From Corallochytrium limacisporum Hawaii (taxonomy: Eukaryota > Protista > Pluriformea), in contig PDIP01000189.1 of NCBI GenBank assembly GCA_002811645.1, positions 1-43,105 on the forward strand: a stretch of 43,105 bases of DNA, written 5' to 3'. The notes under the pieces were generated by a model. That model saw only the letters and a list, made by a program, of their open reading frames with translations. It was not told where the DNA came from and did not search any database. Position numbers and translations under genes: made by a program. Of this stretch, positions 11,215 to 22,526 are shown piece after piece; the stretch's first letter is position 1; the number at the start of each line of letters is the position of its first letter.

Positions 11215-13169
11215 AAAAAGAATCTAGGCACCGTTGAGGGCACTAGTCGATGTAATGTTGACATCGTGTCCTTCCCATTTGTGCATAAGGCCATATCTTG
11301 TGGACATGGTGGAAATAAAGAAATCCAAAAACTAGCCACGTCGTACTGCAAGCCAACGACGAGGTTTCAACCTGCGTACTACTGATGCAACCACTTCGAT
11401 TCCTTACATTCACTAGTGGTTCGGAAACTGTGCGGATACCACTATGGCAAGGACGTAAAGGGATCAATGTCAAGTGGAGGATCGATCCATGTAAAGGTGT
11501 TCGGGGCGAACTTTTGTCGTTACTACTGTCCATAGTATGGGGATGTTCACAAACTATGGGACCGAACCCTCAGGGTTCCCCAGGAGCTAGAAGACTGGAG
11601 GATCCCGAGCGCTATCTCCATTGGTAGCGATCATCTTGTTCACCTCTACTTTGTGCCTTTTGCTTCCTTGACAATGTCCAGTTCATGGCACCGCATATCC
11701 TTGACGCGCTGTTTGCGCGTAATCGCGATGGCAACAGCAGTGCGGAATTCACAAAGAGCTTTATGTAGAGAGGGTAGCGAACGAAGGTTCACGCCACCTC
11801 TTCATGTACAGCAGACCATGACCATTAGATTGTCATCTGATCAAACCCTTAGCAATGCATTTCGTTCAGTCTCCAGTCCCCTCTTACAACGCCGTTGTTG
11901 TCCTCCAATTTCGTGCGGATCTGAGCCACTGTCCGTAGCTACGTCAACTGCAAGCACTCTGGGGAGTCCAGTGACGGGTAAGTGTCTGAGACAATATGGC
12001 GGTAGAGGACAGGGGAACAAAACGGACGCGTATTCCTCGAAGCAAGGGTGGAAATTTTGGATATTGCGCACGGAAAGCCTGGGATTACGCCCTTCGGTGC
12101 AGAGGCACCTGGTTTTGACAGCAAGCTTTGGTATGAGTCGCTGCCGATAATCAGGACCTCGAGAGCCTTGGCTTCCCAGAAAGTGCAACAGGGACAGGGA
12201 CAATTGCGTTAGTCAGTTTCGCTGAGTGGTAGTTGCAAACCTTCCCGTAGAACCGCCCACAAGTGCTAAAGAAGCGATCAGCAGGTGTCTAAACGGGCGT
12301 CACTTGCCAAGAACTTCTCACCAAGTTTTCATGGCTCCAGGTTCCGTATACCACGTATGTCGTTACCGTTGCCCATATGAAGAAACGGAGCGATGATCGG
12401 TTTTAAGTGGAAAACATTGGCAGCGGGGCTGAGAAGACGAAAGTCCGAGCAGAGAGTGTGCTTAGTAGCAGCTGTTCGTGGGTGACTTGTCCCGGGGGAG
12501 GCCGGGGGTGGTAGTGGAAGAAGGAACACCGACGGAAATCTTACTGAATCACACGCGCAAAGGGGGTACTGAACGGTAAAGGAGGCCAGGGCCGGGCGAC
12601 AGATAGCGAGAAAGTCAGGCACGCAAGACGGACTTGTACAGGACATTCGTGATTCCTACGGTCCCCCCTCCCCTTTGTTAGGGTCCCGTGTATAGTTCTT
12701 TCAGTTTCTTTCTCCATCATGTTCTGTTGATGTTTCGGAGGGTGTCGATTAGATCAGTCCCGTGGCCAGGCACACGGACGGACGATTTCAGTCCCCCACC
12801 CCAAACCCCCCCTCTTTTCCACCGCCCCCGTGTCTCCTCCAGCGCCGCCGTCAACCAACAAACTAAAAACACCGACCGACCGTAAGTAAGTAAGTACGTA
12901 AGGCAGGCCTTTTTGCTATTACACCGGAAGAGAAGTTAAAAAAAAAAAACAAAGGCAAAAAATTAATCACCACACACACATACCAAATCTTGCGAAAAGA
13001 AAAAAAAATTACTAACCGCTATGGCACAAAGGTGCCGCAGGGACGCGTTAATAATGCTTGGTGCTGGGGCCGTTCGGAAACGCGAAGAGATATCGCGTGG
13101 GTGAGAAGCAAACGAGAGAGCAATAGCAGAGTCAGCAGCACGATCAGCAAACAAAGGACAGACAGGGCG

Positions 13170-13262
13170 GCGAGAGAGCGAAGAGGAGAGAGTGAGAGAG
13201 AGAGCGAAGAGGAGAGAGAGAGAGAGAGAGCGAAGAGGAGAGAGAGAGAGAGAGAGAGAGTG
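13170..13262. repeat. (GA)n-rich microsatellite
   Basis: GAGA tracts interrupted by repeated gcgaagagga. Confidence 0.9.
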
Positions 13263-13959
13263 AGTGTGTGCAGTTTGGTGTCAGGGTTAAAAGTGGTGGT
13301 GGTGGGTGTTTGCGTGTCGTTTTTGAGTGGGGGAGGAAGCGATAACGACGAGGGGTGAAGGAGGAAACCAAGTCGGGAAGGAAAATGTTTGCCGCTTGCC
13401 CGTGTCCCCTGGGGGAAAGATGAAGGAGGTAGAACATACTTGGCGAGGTGATGACCCGGTGCGGATGTGGTGACAGGAGCAACTTCGCCAAAATATCCGT
13501 CCGCTTTGGCAGTTTGCGCTCACTTGGCCGCTGCTCGCGCCGCCGCAGCATACCCGGGGTAGGCAGGTCGCTTCTCCTTCCTTTCCACCTTTCCCTCGAC
13601 ACCCGCGCTCCCGCCAGCCCCCCCCCCACCGGGGGGGAAGGGGGGTTGGATTTGACGAGAAAGAAAAGGGGGAGAAGCCGTAGCAAGGGCGTTTGAAACA
13701 TGTGCTGGCTCCAAGTCAAAGATGGAATGTGAAACACACATCCTGTACAAATCCCACCTGCATGTGCTGTATTAGTACTACTACTGCACGAAAACTTTGA
13801 AATGGAAGAGATCTAAGGTTTTTTAATTATACAATGTGGAGCACAGCGGCCTGCCACTGGTCCTCCTAAGGCCACAGAAACTGGCCACGCCACTTGGCGG
13901 TGATGTAAGGCAATTTCTCAAGGCTGGCATTGCGGTGATCCACTTTGTGAGCGTTTGTC

Positions 13960-15378
13960 TTATGATGAAGACGATGGGCACAGATAGGAGGCATCATCCG
14001 GAGGCACCTGGAAGACCTTGAAACCACTTGCCGCTTCAACAATGCCGTAGATGGCGTAGTAAGTGGCAGCCACGGCGAACGCCATAAAGAGTGTGATCAC
14101 AACGCCGAAAAAGACCTTTGTGGACATGCTCAATGAGTCACGGTAAATGGCCCAGTAGATGACCATGGGAGCTACGATGGTTTGACTGGTCAAAGCTAAA
14201 CCAACTACAGCTTCCTCGAGGTTGCTGATGAAAGGAATGAGGATGGAGATCAACAGGATTGTGGCCCAGACGATGGTGCGCAGCACGATACGTCCGAGTC
14301 CGTAACGGTTGCGGTAGAACCAATTACCTTCCTCGTTCTTAGCAGATCCGAACAAGCGCTCCTCCTTTGCGGCATTGACAGGAAGCTTGTCAATCTCACC
14401 TTCCAGCTTTGGGTTACCTGCCTCTGTCTTGTCGACTACAGTAACCTCATAGGAGTTGATGGCAGCTGCCTTACCCTCAGCCTGCGTGTAGTCGAGATCA
14501 ATCTTCAGCAGGACACTCTCCAAAGTAATGACAAATGGGTTCAGCAAAAGAGGGGCTGCGACCAACATGTGACCTGCCAACATAACATTACCAATATACC
14601 ACGGAACGTTGCGGTTCCACTTAGCCAGAATGCTGGTTGGAATCTCACAGCCATAGGCAGCGTGGTCGAGAGCACCAACCAAGGTGTAGATAATGACCAA
14701 GCATCCCACCACCAGAATGATGGGGTAAGGCATGTTCTTCGGGTACTTCATGTTACGGCGGGTATTGGGAATCAAAATCGCGAAGGTGTACGCAAAAATG
14801 AAAGTGGAGACTGAGCTAACACCCAGAGAGAAATCCAATTCTGGGTTCTCGTGTTCGATGGGATTGCCGAGGTCCTTGCCGGCCTCATATAGAATCACAA
14901 TCGCGACACCATAGGAGCAGACGGCAGCAAAGATCAACATTGCGACCATGTCCTTCACCTCCGGCAGCATGCCAACGGGCCACATAGCTGCACACGTAAT
15001 GACTACCCAAACGATGTAGCTGAGGTCTGCGACCTCGGCAAAGATGGCCTGGAAGGAACTGGCAGCGAGGATGACGTAGATGATGGCCACAAAGTACGTG
15101 GTGAAAATCAAGGCCAACTGAACAATCCTCTTACCAACTGGTCCAAGATGTTCCTCTGCCAAGTCGACATAGTTGAAGGACTTTGACACTTTCAGACACT
15201 CATTCAGGAGGAGAGCTCCTAGAAGCATGAAAGCACTGACAACTGCAATGATGATGAGGGTCCACCAGCCAAGAACAGCAAAACCAAAGGGAACCGTAAG
15301 GATACCAGCTCCAATCGAGGTTGTGACAAGCGTGAATGTGGCCTTGGCCGCATCCAAAATTTCGTCCATTGCCACCAT
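13960..15378 (-). CDS. Amino acid transporter, AAAP/Aa_trans (SLC36/38-like) family
   Basis: 472 aa, about 11 TM. Motifs IGAGILTVPFGFAVLGW, YVDLA...LG, FIFAY...IP...NMKYP and IPFISNL..VVG. Confidence 0.92.
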   Translation of the reverse strand: MVAMDEILDAAKATFTLVTTSIGAGILTVPFGFAVLGWWTLIIIAVVSAFMLLGALLLNECLKVSKSFNYVDLAEEHLGPVGKRIVQLALIFTTYFVAIIYVILAASSFQAIFAEVADLSYIVWVVITCAAMWPVGMLPEVKDMVAMLIFAAVCSYGVAIVILYEAGKDLGNPIEHENPELDFSLGVSSVSTFIFAYTFAILIPNTRRNMKYPKNMPYPIILVVGCLVIIYTLVGALDHAAYGCEIPTSILAKWNRNVPWYIGNVMLAGHMLVAAPLLLNPFVITLESVLLKIDLDYTQAEGKAAAINSYEVTVVDKTEAGNPKLEGEIDKLPVNAAKEERLFGSAKNEEGNWFYRNRYGLGRIVLRTIVWATILLISILIPFISNLEEAVVGLALTSQTIVAPMVIYWAIYRDSLSMSTKVFFGVVITLFMAFAVAATYYAIYGIVEAASGFKVFQVPPDDASYLCPSSSS

Positions 15379-15506
15379 ATTGACAATGTTTCTTGTGTGT
15401 GATAAGTAAAGACCGCAATAGAGATGATGCTTTGATCTGTTACACGGATCGAGCGGTACAAAGACCGGTCAATCCGGGATCGACAGAATGGCAACGGTAG
15501 CTCTGT

Positions 15507-15515
15507 TTAAATACC
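15507..15515 (-). promoter_or_regulatory. GGTATTTAA TATA-like motif
   Basis: ttaaatacc on the + strand, ~130 bp upstream of ATG 15378. Confidence 0.55.
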
Positions 15516-15929
15516 AGTCCCCCAAGTCAGATATAGCGATTCTGTTAGAGCGATTTCGATTTCAATGTAATAGTCCTATATGGTAGAATCGTGTATTGAC
15601 GGCTAAAGAGCCCACTCTAGACCTTCTTGTCCGTTAGCGGGTTTGCGTTCCGGGTCAATGTGAGCAATCGTCCTTTCCACCGGACTTTCCCCTCTTCCCC
15701 CCTTCCTCCACCACGTAATACTGATCCTGAGCCCGTATTGGACGTTTACACTTGCCTGGGCGCATGAAGCATCGCGGGCCTACTCATAACCTCTCCACAC
15801 ACACCCACGGTGCGTGGCGCTACCGGCTAAGCCAAAGTGGGTCGTCACGGGCACTAATGTACTGAACATATAGTTGGTTTCTCGCCAATGGTATGCCTAA
15901 GACAAAAGCCAACTGCCGGCTTCACAGGC

Positions 15930-16410
15930 CAACTCCGCATTTCGTATAAACCTCACGAACCCTTCCTGAAGGCCGGGACGCATTCTTTTGACGCACATTG
16001 TCGTAGATACTTACAAACAGAACCGGCAGGGCTACTACTGGAATAAACACAACAGTACCAATATCACGGCTTTGTCACAATTGTGGACTTAGGTTGTGGA
16101 CAGGTGAGTGCCCAAGCAACAAATTACGATACAGCTGATTGGTTCTCATCGTCTGCGAACGCTGCCACATGACTGACTTTAGTCATTTGATGTCATCATC
16201 ACCGATCCGTTCGCAGAATTGCTAGTCCACTTACACCGTTTCACCGCCGTTGTTGTACCATGAGCTTGAACCGGAATCAGCGGTGCATTACTATCTTCCT
16301 GAAATCTAGGTATTGTACCATCTGGCAGCGTTTGCACACCGAAGACATTCCGTCCGTGCTGTACCCTGGTGCTTTTCCAATGTACCTGTATGTTGTACCA
16401 TAGGACGGAA
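15930..16410 (-). pseudogene. Decayed MORN-repeat protein
   Basis: Minus-strand fragments across frames: YGTTY/HWKS..VQHG...GVQTLPDGT, HGTT....KWTSNSANGS, HVAAFADDENQ, IYD...RPSGRVREVYTKCG. These resemble successive MORN units (YxGxWxxxxxHGxGxxxxxDG). atggtacaa recurs three times. Confidence 0.45.
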
Positions 16411-16887
16411 ATCACACACACACGTAATTCACCGTAAAGAAGCTGACAGCACTCGCATTCTTTTTCCTCCCTGTCAATACTTTTTTTTGCGCCGGTTCTG
16501 GTGTAAAAGAAGGGGTACCCAGAGGCGTGAATGGTTGTTGGATTGAGTGCGAGGATACGGGAAAGAGACATGATTTCTAGAAGCTTCCTTCGTCACCCGT
16601 TCGTTTCCTTCGTTTTCTATGGCCTGCCGCAGTTTTTGCCGAAGTTTTGCTCCTGCTTTGGGTCATGCTCACGCGCAATCCGGCAGGTCAGCAGACTCAG
16701 CGGGGCAGAAGGAGAGAGGAAGTGAGGGGGTGGGCCGGAGAGGAGGAGAGGAGGGGGTAACCGGGAAAAAATATAGAAGCATCAGCCAAACCAGGCCGGC
16801 CGCAGTACGGCCTCTTCTTCCCACCCTCCCCCCACCCTCCCCTCCCCCCTCTGCCTTTCCTTCCCCTGTGGCCCTTCTCCCTCCCTC

Positions 16888-17121
16888 NNNNNNNNNNNNN
16901 NNNNNNNNNNNNNNNNNNNNNNNNNNNNNNNNNNNNNNNNNNNNNNNNNNNNNNNNNNNNNNNNNNNNNNNNNNNNNNNNNNNNNNNNNNNNNNNNNNNN
17001 NNNNNNNNNNNNNNNNNNNNNNNNNNNNNNNNNNNNNNNNNNNNNNNNNNNNNNNNNNNNNNNNNNNNNNNNNNNNNNNNNNNNNNNNNNNNNNNNNNNN
17101 NNNNNNNNNNNNNNNNNNNNN
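16888..17121. other. Assembly gap flanked by polypyrimidine/C-rich tracts
   Basis: N run with cctccc / ccttt tracts on both sides. Confidence 0.99.
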
Positions 17122-20100
17122 CCTTTCTTTCTTCTCTTTTTTCCCCCCCCCTTGTCTTCCCGCCTTTTGGCCGCGCGGGAGACAGTGACCTTGCATCTTC
17201 CCTGCTGTCCCAACGGTTCGGCTCTCCCCCTTTTTTGTTTTGTTATATTGCTTTTTTGGCTCTCCTTTTCGTTGTCATTGTTGTGTGACTCGTTAACGTT
17301 CCTGTCCCTCGTGTAAGGGTGTTCCCAAGGGTGTCCGGCCGCCCTTGCCCAGCAATTGTCTTGGCCTTGGGAAGGCAGCCAAAGGGGTTAGGTGGTAAAG
17401 AATACGATTGAGAAAGGCTGGTTGGGAGGAAAGAGAGAGAGAGAGAGATTCAGTGCGTGAGGAGGACAAAGAGGAAACTTTGGAAGAATCAAGAAATGAA
17501 GAACACGGGAAGAAGCAAGGACCCTTACCCGCGCGCGGGTTCTTCTCCTCCCTGTTTCCTTGTCAAAGTGTTTGCAGACTGCGCAGGGCAAGGACACGGA
17601 CATATTCCCTCCTGTTTCTCTCCCTTGGTCCTCGTTCTTATAGCTAGCTGGCCTCGCCGCGATGTATCCTTTGCATTCTATTGGAAGTTCTTCCGGCTTT
17701 TTTCCACCAAGTCAAGTTTTTACCCAGGCCTCGCGTGTGAGCGTGACTGGCTGACCGATACCATCGCCGACGAGGTGTATCAACCTCCTGACCACGTCCG
17801 TACGCAGTCCGAGAGTCGGCAAAAAGCTGGTAGGTGGTTTCTTGGTCAACAGTGTGGCTGGAATGGCGTGCCACAGCGCTAATTGTTTTAAAAAACACCC
17901 CGCACGCTTGGTGTGTGCGATATCTAACATATCATAGATAAGTAATTAAGCCCAACGTGATCTCCCGTTTCTATAGTGAGTCAACGTCCACACCGTGGGT
18001 TGTAGGGTGTGCCGGCGGCAGTATTGCACTGCATTAATGTGTCTGCGCACTTACTTCCGCCGGGTGGTAAACGGAAAACGTAAGCACTGTGTTTGTATCG
18101 GTTGGGGTGGACGGTCCATCCAACTGTCCTGACCAGCCGTCCACCAGCCACTAGGCGCGCAGACAGGAACCTGGTCTTCTGGGTGCAAAAATAGGCATTT
18201 GCACATCGTGAAGATCCCCTTGTTGGACATACTGTCTGTTAGGGTCTAGGTTAAGACAGCAGGATATCATTGTGCGTGATCCTTCTGGTGTTTTCAGCAT
18301 CGTCTGTCTAGCAGACCATGGGAGATGCCCTGTCATAACGCTTCCGGATATCCGTCGGGCCGGATGGCACATGAACACTAATACACATTTCCTTATCAGA
18401 CAAACAAACGAAGCATGCGAATAAACAGTTAAGGGTTAGTAGTGCCTTGATGGGGAATTAATGGCCCTGTATATGACCTCGACAGCGGGACTCTTGATGT
18501 CGGGAATTCTATATCTCTCATTATTGAAGCTCTTTCTCTCAATTACGGTGTCCGGGAATCCTCATCTCCACACGTAATAGTGCGGTTAGATAAGGCCGAT
18601 ATGTGGCAGTCGTTTTAAAGCAGCTGCGTGGGTTTAAACCTAAGCCGGGGCAGACACCAAATCACAGCCACGCCTGTTGTAGCAAAATAGCGCGGGGCCG
18701 GATTTGCTGGTACCGTGGTATCCACCCTGTCCGGGTCAGTTCCAAGAGTGCCAGGGCTGGAGCCCACAATTGCCAGGAAGCTCGTCAGAGTCCTCAATGA
18801 GATCGGAATAGACTCTTCTTCAAAGCGGAGCAGGGCAAACCCAATGTGTCCACTCTGGAGGTGGGAAGGGGGACAATCTTTCTACACGGCGGAGCACGAG
18901 GAGCTTAATGTTTCAATCTGGAGGGGACATGCCTCCTCCCAAGCGTCCAAGCGGAGCCCGAGGAAAAGGAATGTCCTTCGGGGGGCGTAGGGCCATATCT
19001 TGCCATCGTAAAGTGGAATCGCTCATCTGTGTGACGGTGGTCAATCGCCTCTGGGTATAATCAAGCTTACAACGGCCCGGCCATGTCAGTTTGTAGAACT
19101 AGGTACACTCATGAGTGGACATCCAGGTTGAGGTGTATCTTTTCCTTCAGGAATCTTCTTATTCAAGAAAGGACGATCAGAAACTCTTTAGTCGGGAACT
19201 GTCGATCTGACCAGATACTCGTGATCAATCGACCTCAGGTGCACACCGATCTCAGTCCCACGGATGTAGCTCGCGACGGTAGCATCAGGGTGACTCCTAC
19301 GGAGATCTCCACCAAAAGTCTGTCCTAAGCTTAGATGTTGCCCTCTTAATACGATTTAATATCAGTCTACTTAACCGAGACATACCTGCTTCATAGAGCG
19401 CGAGTGCCATAGGTGGCTTTGCCAGCCCATAACATACCCCAAAGCCCATCATCGTCGCAAAGGAACGTCCCAGTTTTGCTTACCCGCCAACACAGGACCC
19501 CCTCCCTCGATTTCCTTCGAACCTTTCTGACGATTTCGGTACTTAAACAATGGCACCTTGCACTAAAACCGCCGAGTAACTGCCGTCTGCTGACATTTTA
19601 ACCCGCACCTGTGAGAAATATTTCCTCGCTCGATGATTGCTGACCGGGCCAGAGCGGGGTTGAGTCAGACGAAATGTGGTAGCCGTGCCGGACTATCTCC
19701 TTTGGTAGATGGATAACAAGTATGCACAATCTATTTTCTTTCTGGGGTACCAACCAATCATGTCTTGCCCGGCAAGAATGTTACATCTGACGAGTACGAG
19801 TTTGCACAGTTGCGCACACCCACACCTATCCGAGCCCACAAAGTACAGTCACCGTATCCACTCATTCGACACCCGTACTGCTTTGAACCATCGAATCCGC
19901 GTTGCCGCCGATGCATCTGACCCACCAATAAATTGATAAGTTGAACTATTATATTTTGGTAAGGAAAAGCATTTGTATCACTAGGGTTGGCCATGGGTAT
20001 CCATGGCAGATCAGGAGACAAATGAGTGTGCGCATAGGCGTCAACACCATGCTGACAATATGATCATACAAGGCTCACAATGAGCCTTTGGCAGATCCAG

Positions 20101-20586
20101 AACATTGCCCATGAGGATCTGACGGCGTCCTCAATACAATCTATTAGTATGTATCGGTGGCTAAAAATTTCTGGCAGATTCTAATTTGGGAATGCACCAT
20201 GAATGTGTTGCGAACCTGGAATGGCTTCCATTTGAGTGAGGGCATCCGTTGCCATGATCCGCCAAAGGCGAGCACTAAAGTGGAAATTTGGTCATTGGCC
20301 AGAACAAATGGAAGGCCGAGAACCCAAGGATGCTTTCTCCTGTGGCGACAATTGCTGAGCAATGTAGTTTAAATGCACCAGAAAAGCCATGTTACAAGAT
20401 CGTGAAGCCCTTGGTAGGTACACGTGCACTCCGTTTTGAGCGTAGTCCTGGTGCTCCACCCCACATCACACGGTAACCAAAGCGGTTTGTACGCTTTCTT
20501 CACAAACCAACTGAATTTGATTATCGAAGAACCTCATGCTGCATGCCTCCTCCTACCTTAAAATTTCATTTCACCTCTTGCCATAT

Positions 20587-21333
20587 TTACAGAGCACTTG
20601 ATTCGACATAGATTTCCTCGCGTTTTGTGAGCTCAGAGTCGAGATGGTGCTTGCGATACTTGTAGGTGATGACAGCATCGCAGATCCACAGGAGCCCGCA
20701 GAGTAAAGTAAAGGCAACAGCTGCCATATAGCGACCGCTCTGAAGTACGACACCTGAAAAGAGGGTGACGTCAAAAGATTCAACCACAAACAGAGGGTGA
20801 TTGATTCCAGAGCTCGCTGTAACCACAACTTTGGTTGCGGCCACATCCCCGGCAAGCTGCTCTTGTGGTTCATAGCGGATCGAGGCTTGCCCATCTCTAA
20901 CATTCATTGAGTCAACCTGAACGAAATGACTGTCCCCGTAGGTAATCTTCTGAGAGGTCCATATAACAATGAAGCCAATAGTCACAGCAAGCGCAGTCAT
21001 AGCGCAAAGCGATGATAGAAGGGTGCTCGCAACCAGGAACCTGGATTTGGTTCGGCTGGAGGCGTTGCTCGCTGCGCAGGCGTAGCCGACAAGAAGCAGA
21101 TAAGCAACAACACTCCCAAGGATACCCACCATTATGAGGCCAGCGGTGACTCTATATTGGCAGTCGCTGACACCAACTGTCCTAATCTGATCCCGACCTG
21201 CGTCCACCACGACATGGCGGTGTGCGAATACGCTCGAGAGAGTCAATAAGCCAGAGGCGACAGCATTAGATATCGACAGAAGCACTTTCAGAAATACGTA
21301 CACTACTGAATTTAAAGTAATTTTGGTTACCAT
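20587..21333 (-). CDS. 4-TM (MARVEL-like) membrane protein with beta-rich loop domain
   Basis: 248 aa. Shares VYxxxKVxL, KSxFLxxST and Y.A......GL(I/L)WICDAVxT with 10423-11214. Confidence 0.8.
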   Translation of the reverse strand: MVTKITLNSVVYVFLKVLLSISNAVASGLLTLSSVFAHRHVVVDAGRDQIRTVGVSDCQYRVTAGLIMVGILGSVVAYLLLVGYACAASNASSRTKSRFLVASTLLSSLCAMTALAVTIGFIVIWTSQKITYGDSHFVQVDSMNVRDGQASIRYEPQEQLAGDVAATKVVVTASSGINHPLFVVESFDVTLFSGVVLQSGRYMAAVAFTLLCGLLWICDAVITYKYRKHHLDSELTKREEIYVESSAL

Positions 21334-22526
21334 TATGTATGTGAAATCCCAGATTCAAGCGCCGTTAACCCGAGCCATATCTGATCTGGACTACATTCCT
21401 CCAACTTCTTCAAATAGTCTCTGTTGTTGGTGTGGTGGTTTCAACCTTTAGTAAAGGCCAGTTCAACAGACAATATAGAAATTTGTGTTCGGTAACTGCA
21501 TTCCGTCCTTAGCAATCCCCACACTCTTCCTGTGTATCTGTTTACGAGAGCTCGCAGAAACACTCGTGTGTCCACCCAATCTGTCGCTTGGTATGTCGTA
21601 GGTAACCACAAGTCAACACGGACAATTCACAGCTGCGCAGAGAACGGGTTGAGTCTCTCAGTACGAATCGGCACTTGCCATCGAAACGATCATCGTCCAG
21701 TGTTTTGGAAGCTGGAGTTACTGCTGTGTCACGCACCGAAGTCATCATGCCCACTGCACAAATGCCCTCCGACACTGGGCACATGACACGACCAGACGCA
21801 TCCTCCCGTTCCCGTTTTTGGCAGGCATTGTGCCAGTTTCGTGCTTAACCCACCCTTCCGGGGTGGGACGGCCCTCCCTATTCAGCCCGTTCGGAAGTCC
21901 GATACGTCCCTTATCGTGGGGCCTCCCCTCCCCCCCTCCCGGCCGTCCCCCCGCCCGGCCGGCGCACCACGAAAGCCAGGCTGATGGGGGTGAAGTTGGA
22001 CCGTTTACACCTCAGCTTAACGCCGCAAAGACTGGCTTCTGAGGTCTGGCAGTGAGGTCAGGTAGGGTAGTGACAGCAATCGCACCGTGTACTTCGGCTG
22101 ACCACCGCAGAGGGGGGCCTTCTGAGGCTGCCGAGTGCTAGCGCACGGATTCTTTACCGTTGTGGTCAGCCATGGCTCATCACACAAGCCCACCTTGTGC
22201 TGCCATTTTCCTGAAGCGGCTACTGCCCAGTCTCGTTTTGGCACGTCGCTTTTATCTTTGGATTTGGTACTGGAAAAAACTTTCCATTTTCGTGCCGCAG
22301 CGGGGCGGGGCCTTGGGAAGGCAAAGGAATCCGAACGAGTCGCGACATGGACAACTAGTATTCGCTAAGTATATATTCGAATAGAACAAAAAGTGTAAGT
22401 CTGTGCGTTGGGCCGGGAACAAAGTCTTCCTCAACATACCCTAATGGCAACACAAAATTTGAAAGGAAACCAAGGAACGCAATGGGATGTTCATCACTGT
22501 GAACCTAGAAGCCACAACTGCGAAGT

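Noticed and set aside
17971-17982. ctatagtgagtc resembling a T7 promoter/vector sequence
   Set aside because: Only about 12 bp match and the flanks are not vector-like.
20050-20370. Possible third 4-TM paralogue relic (RYI...FWIC on minus strand)
   Set aside because: Motif spacing differs and no further collinear similarity was found.
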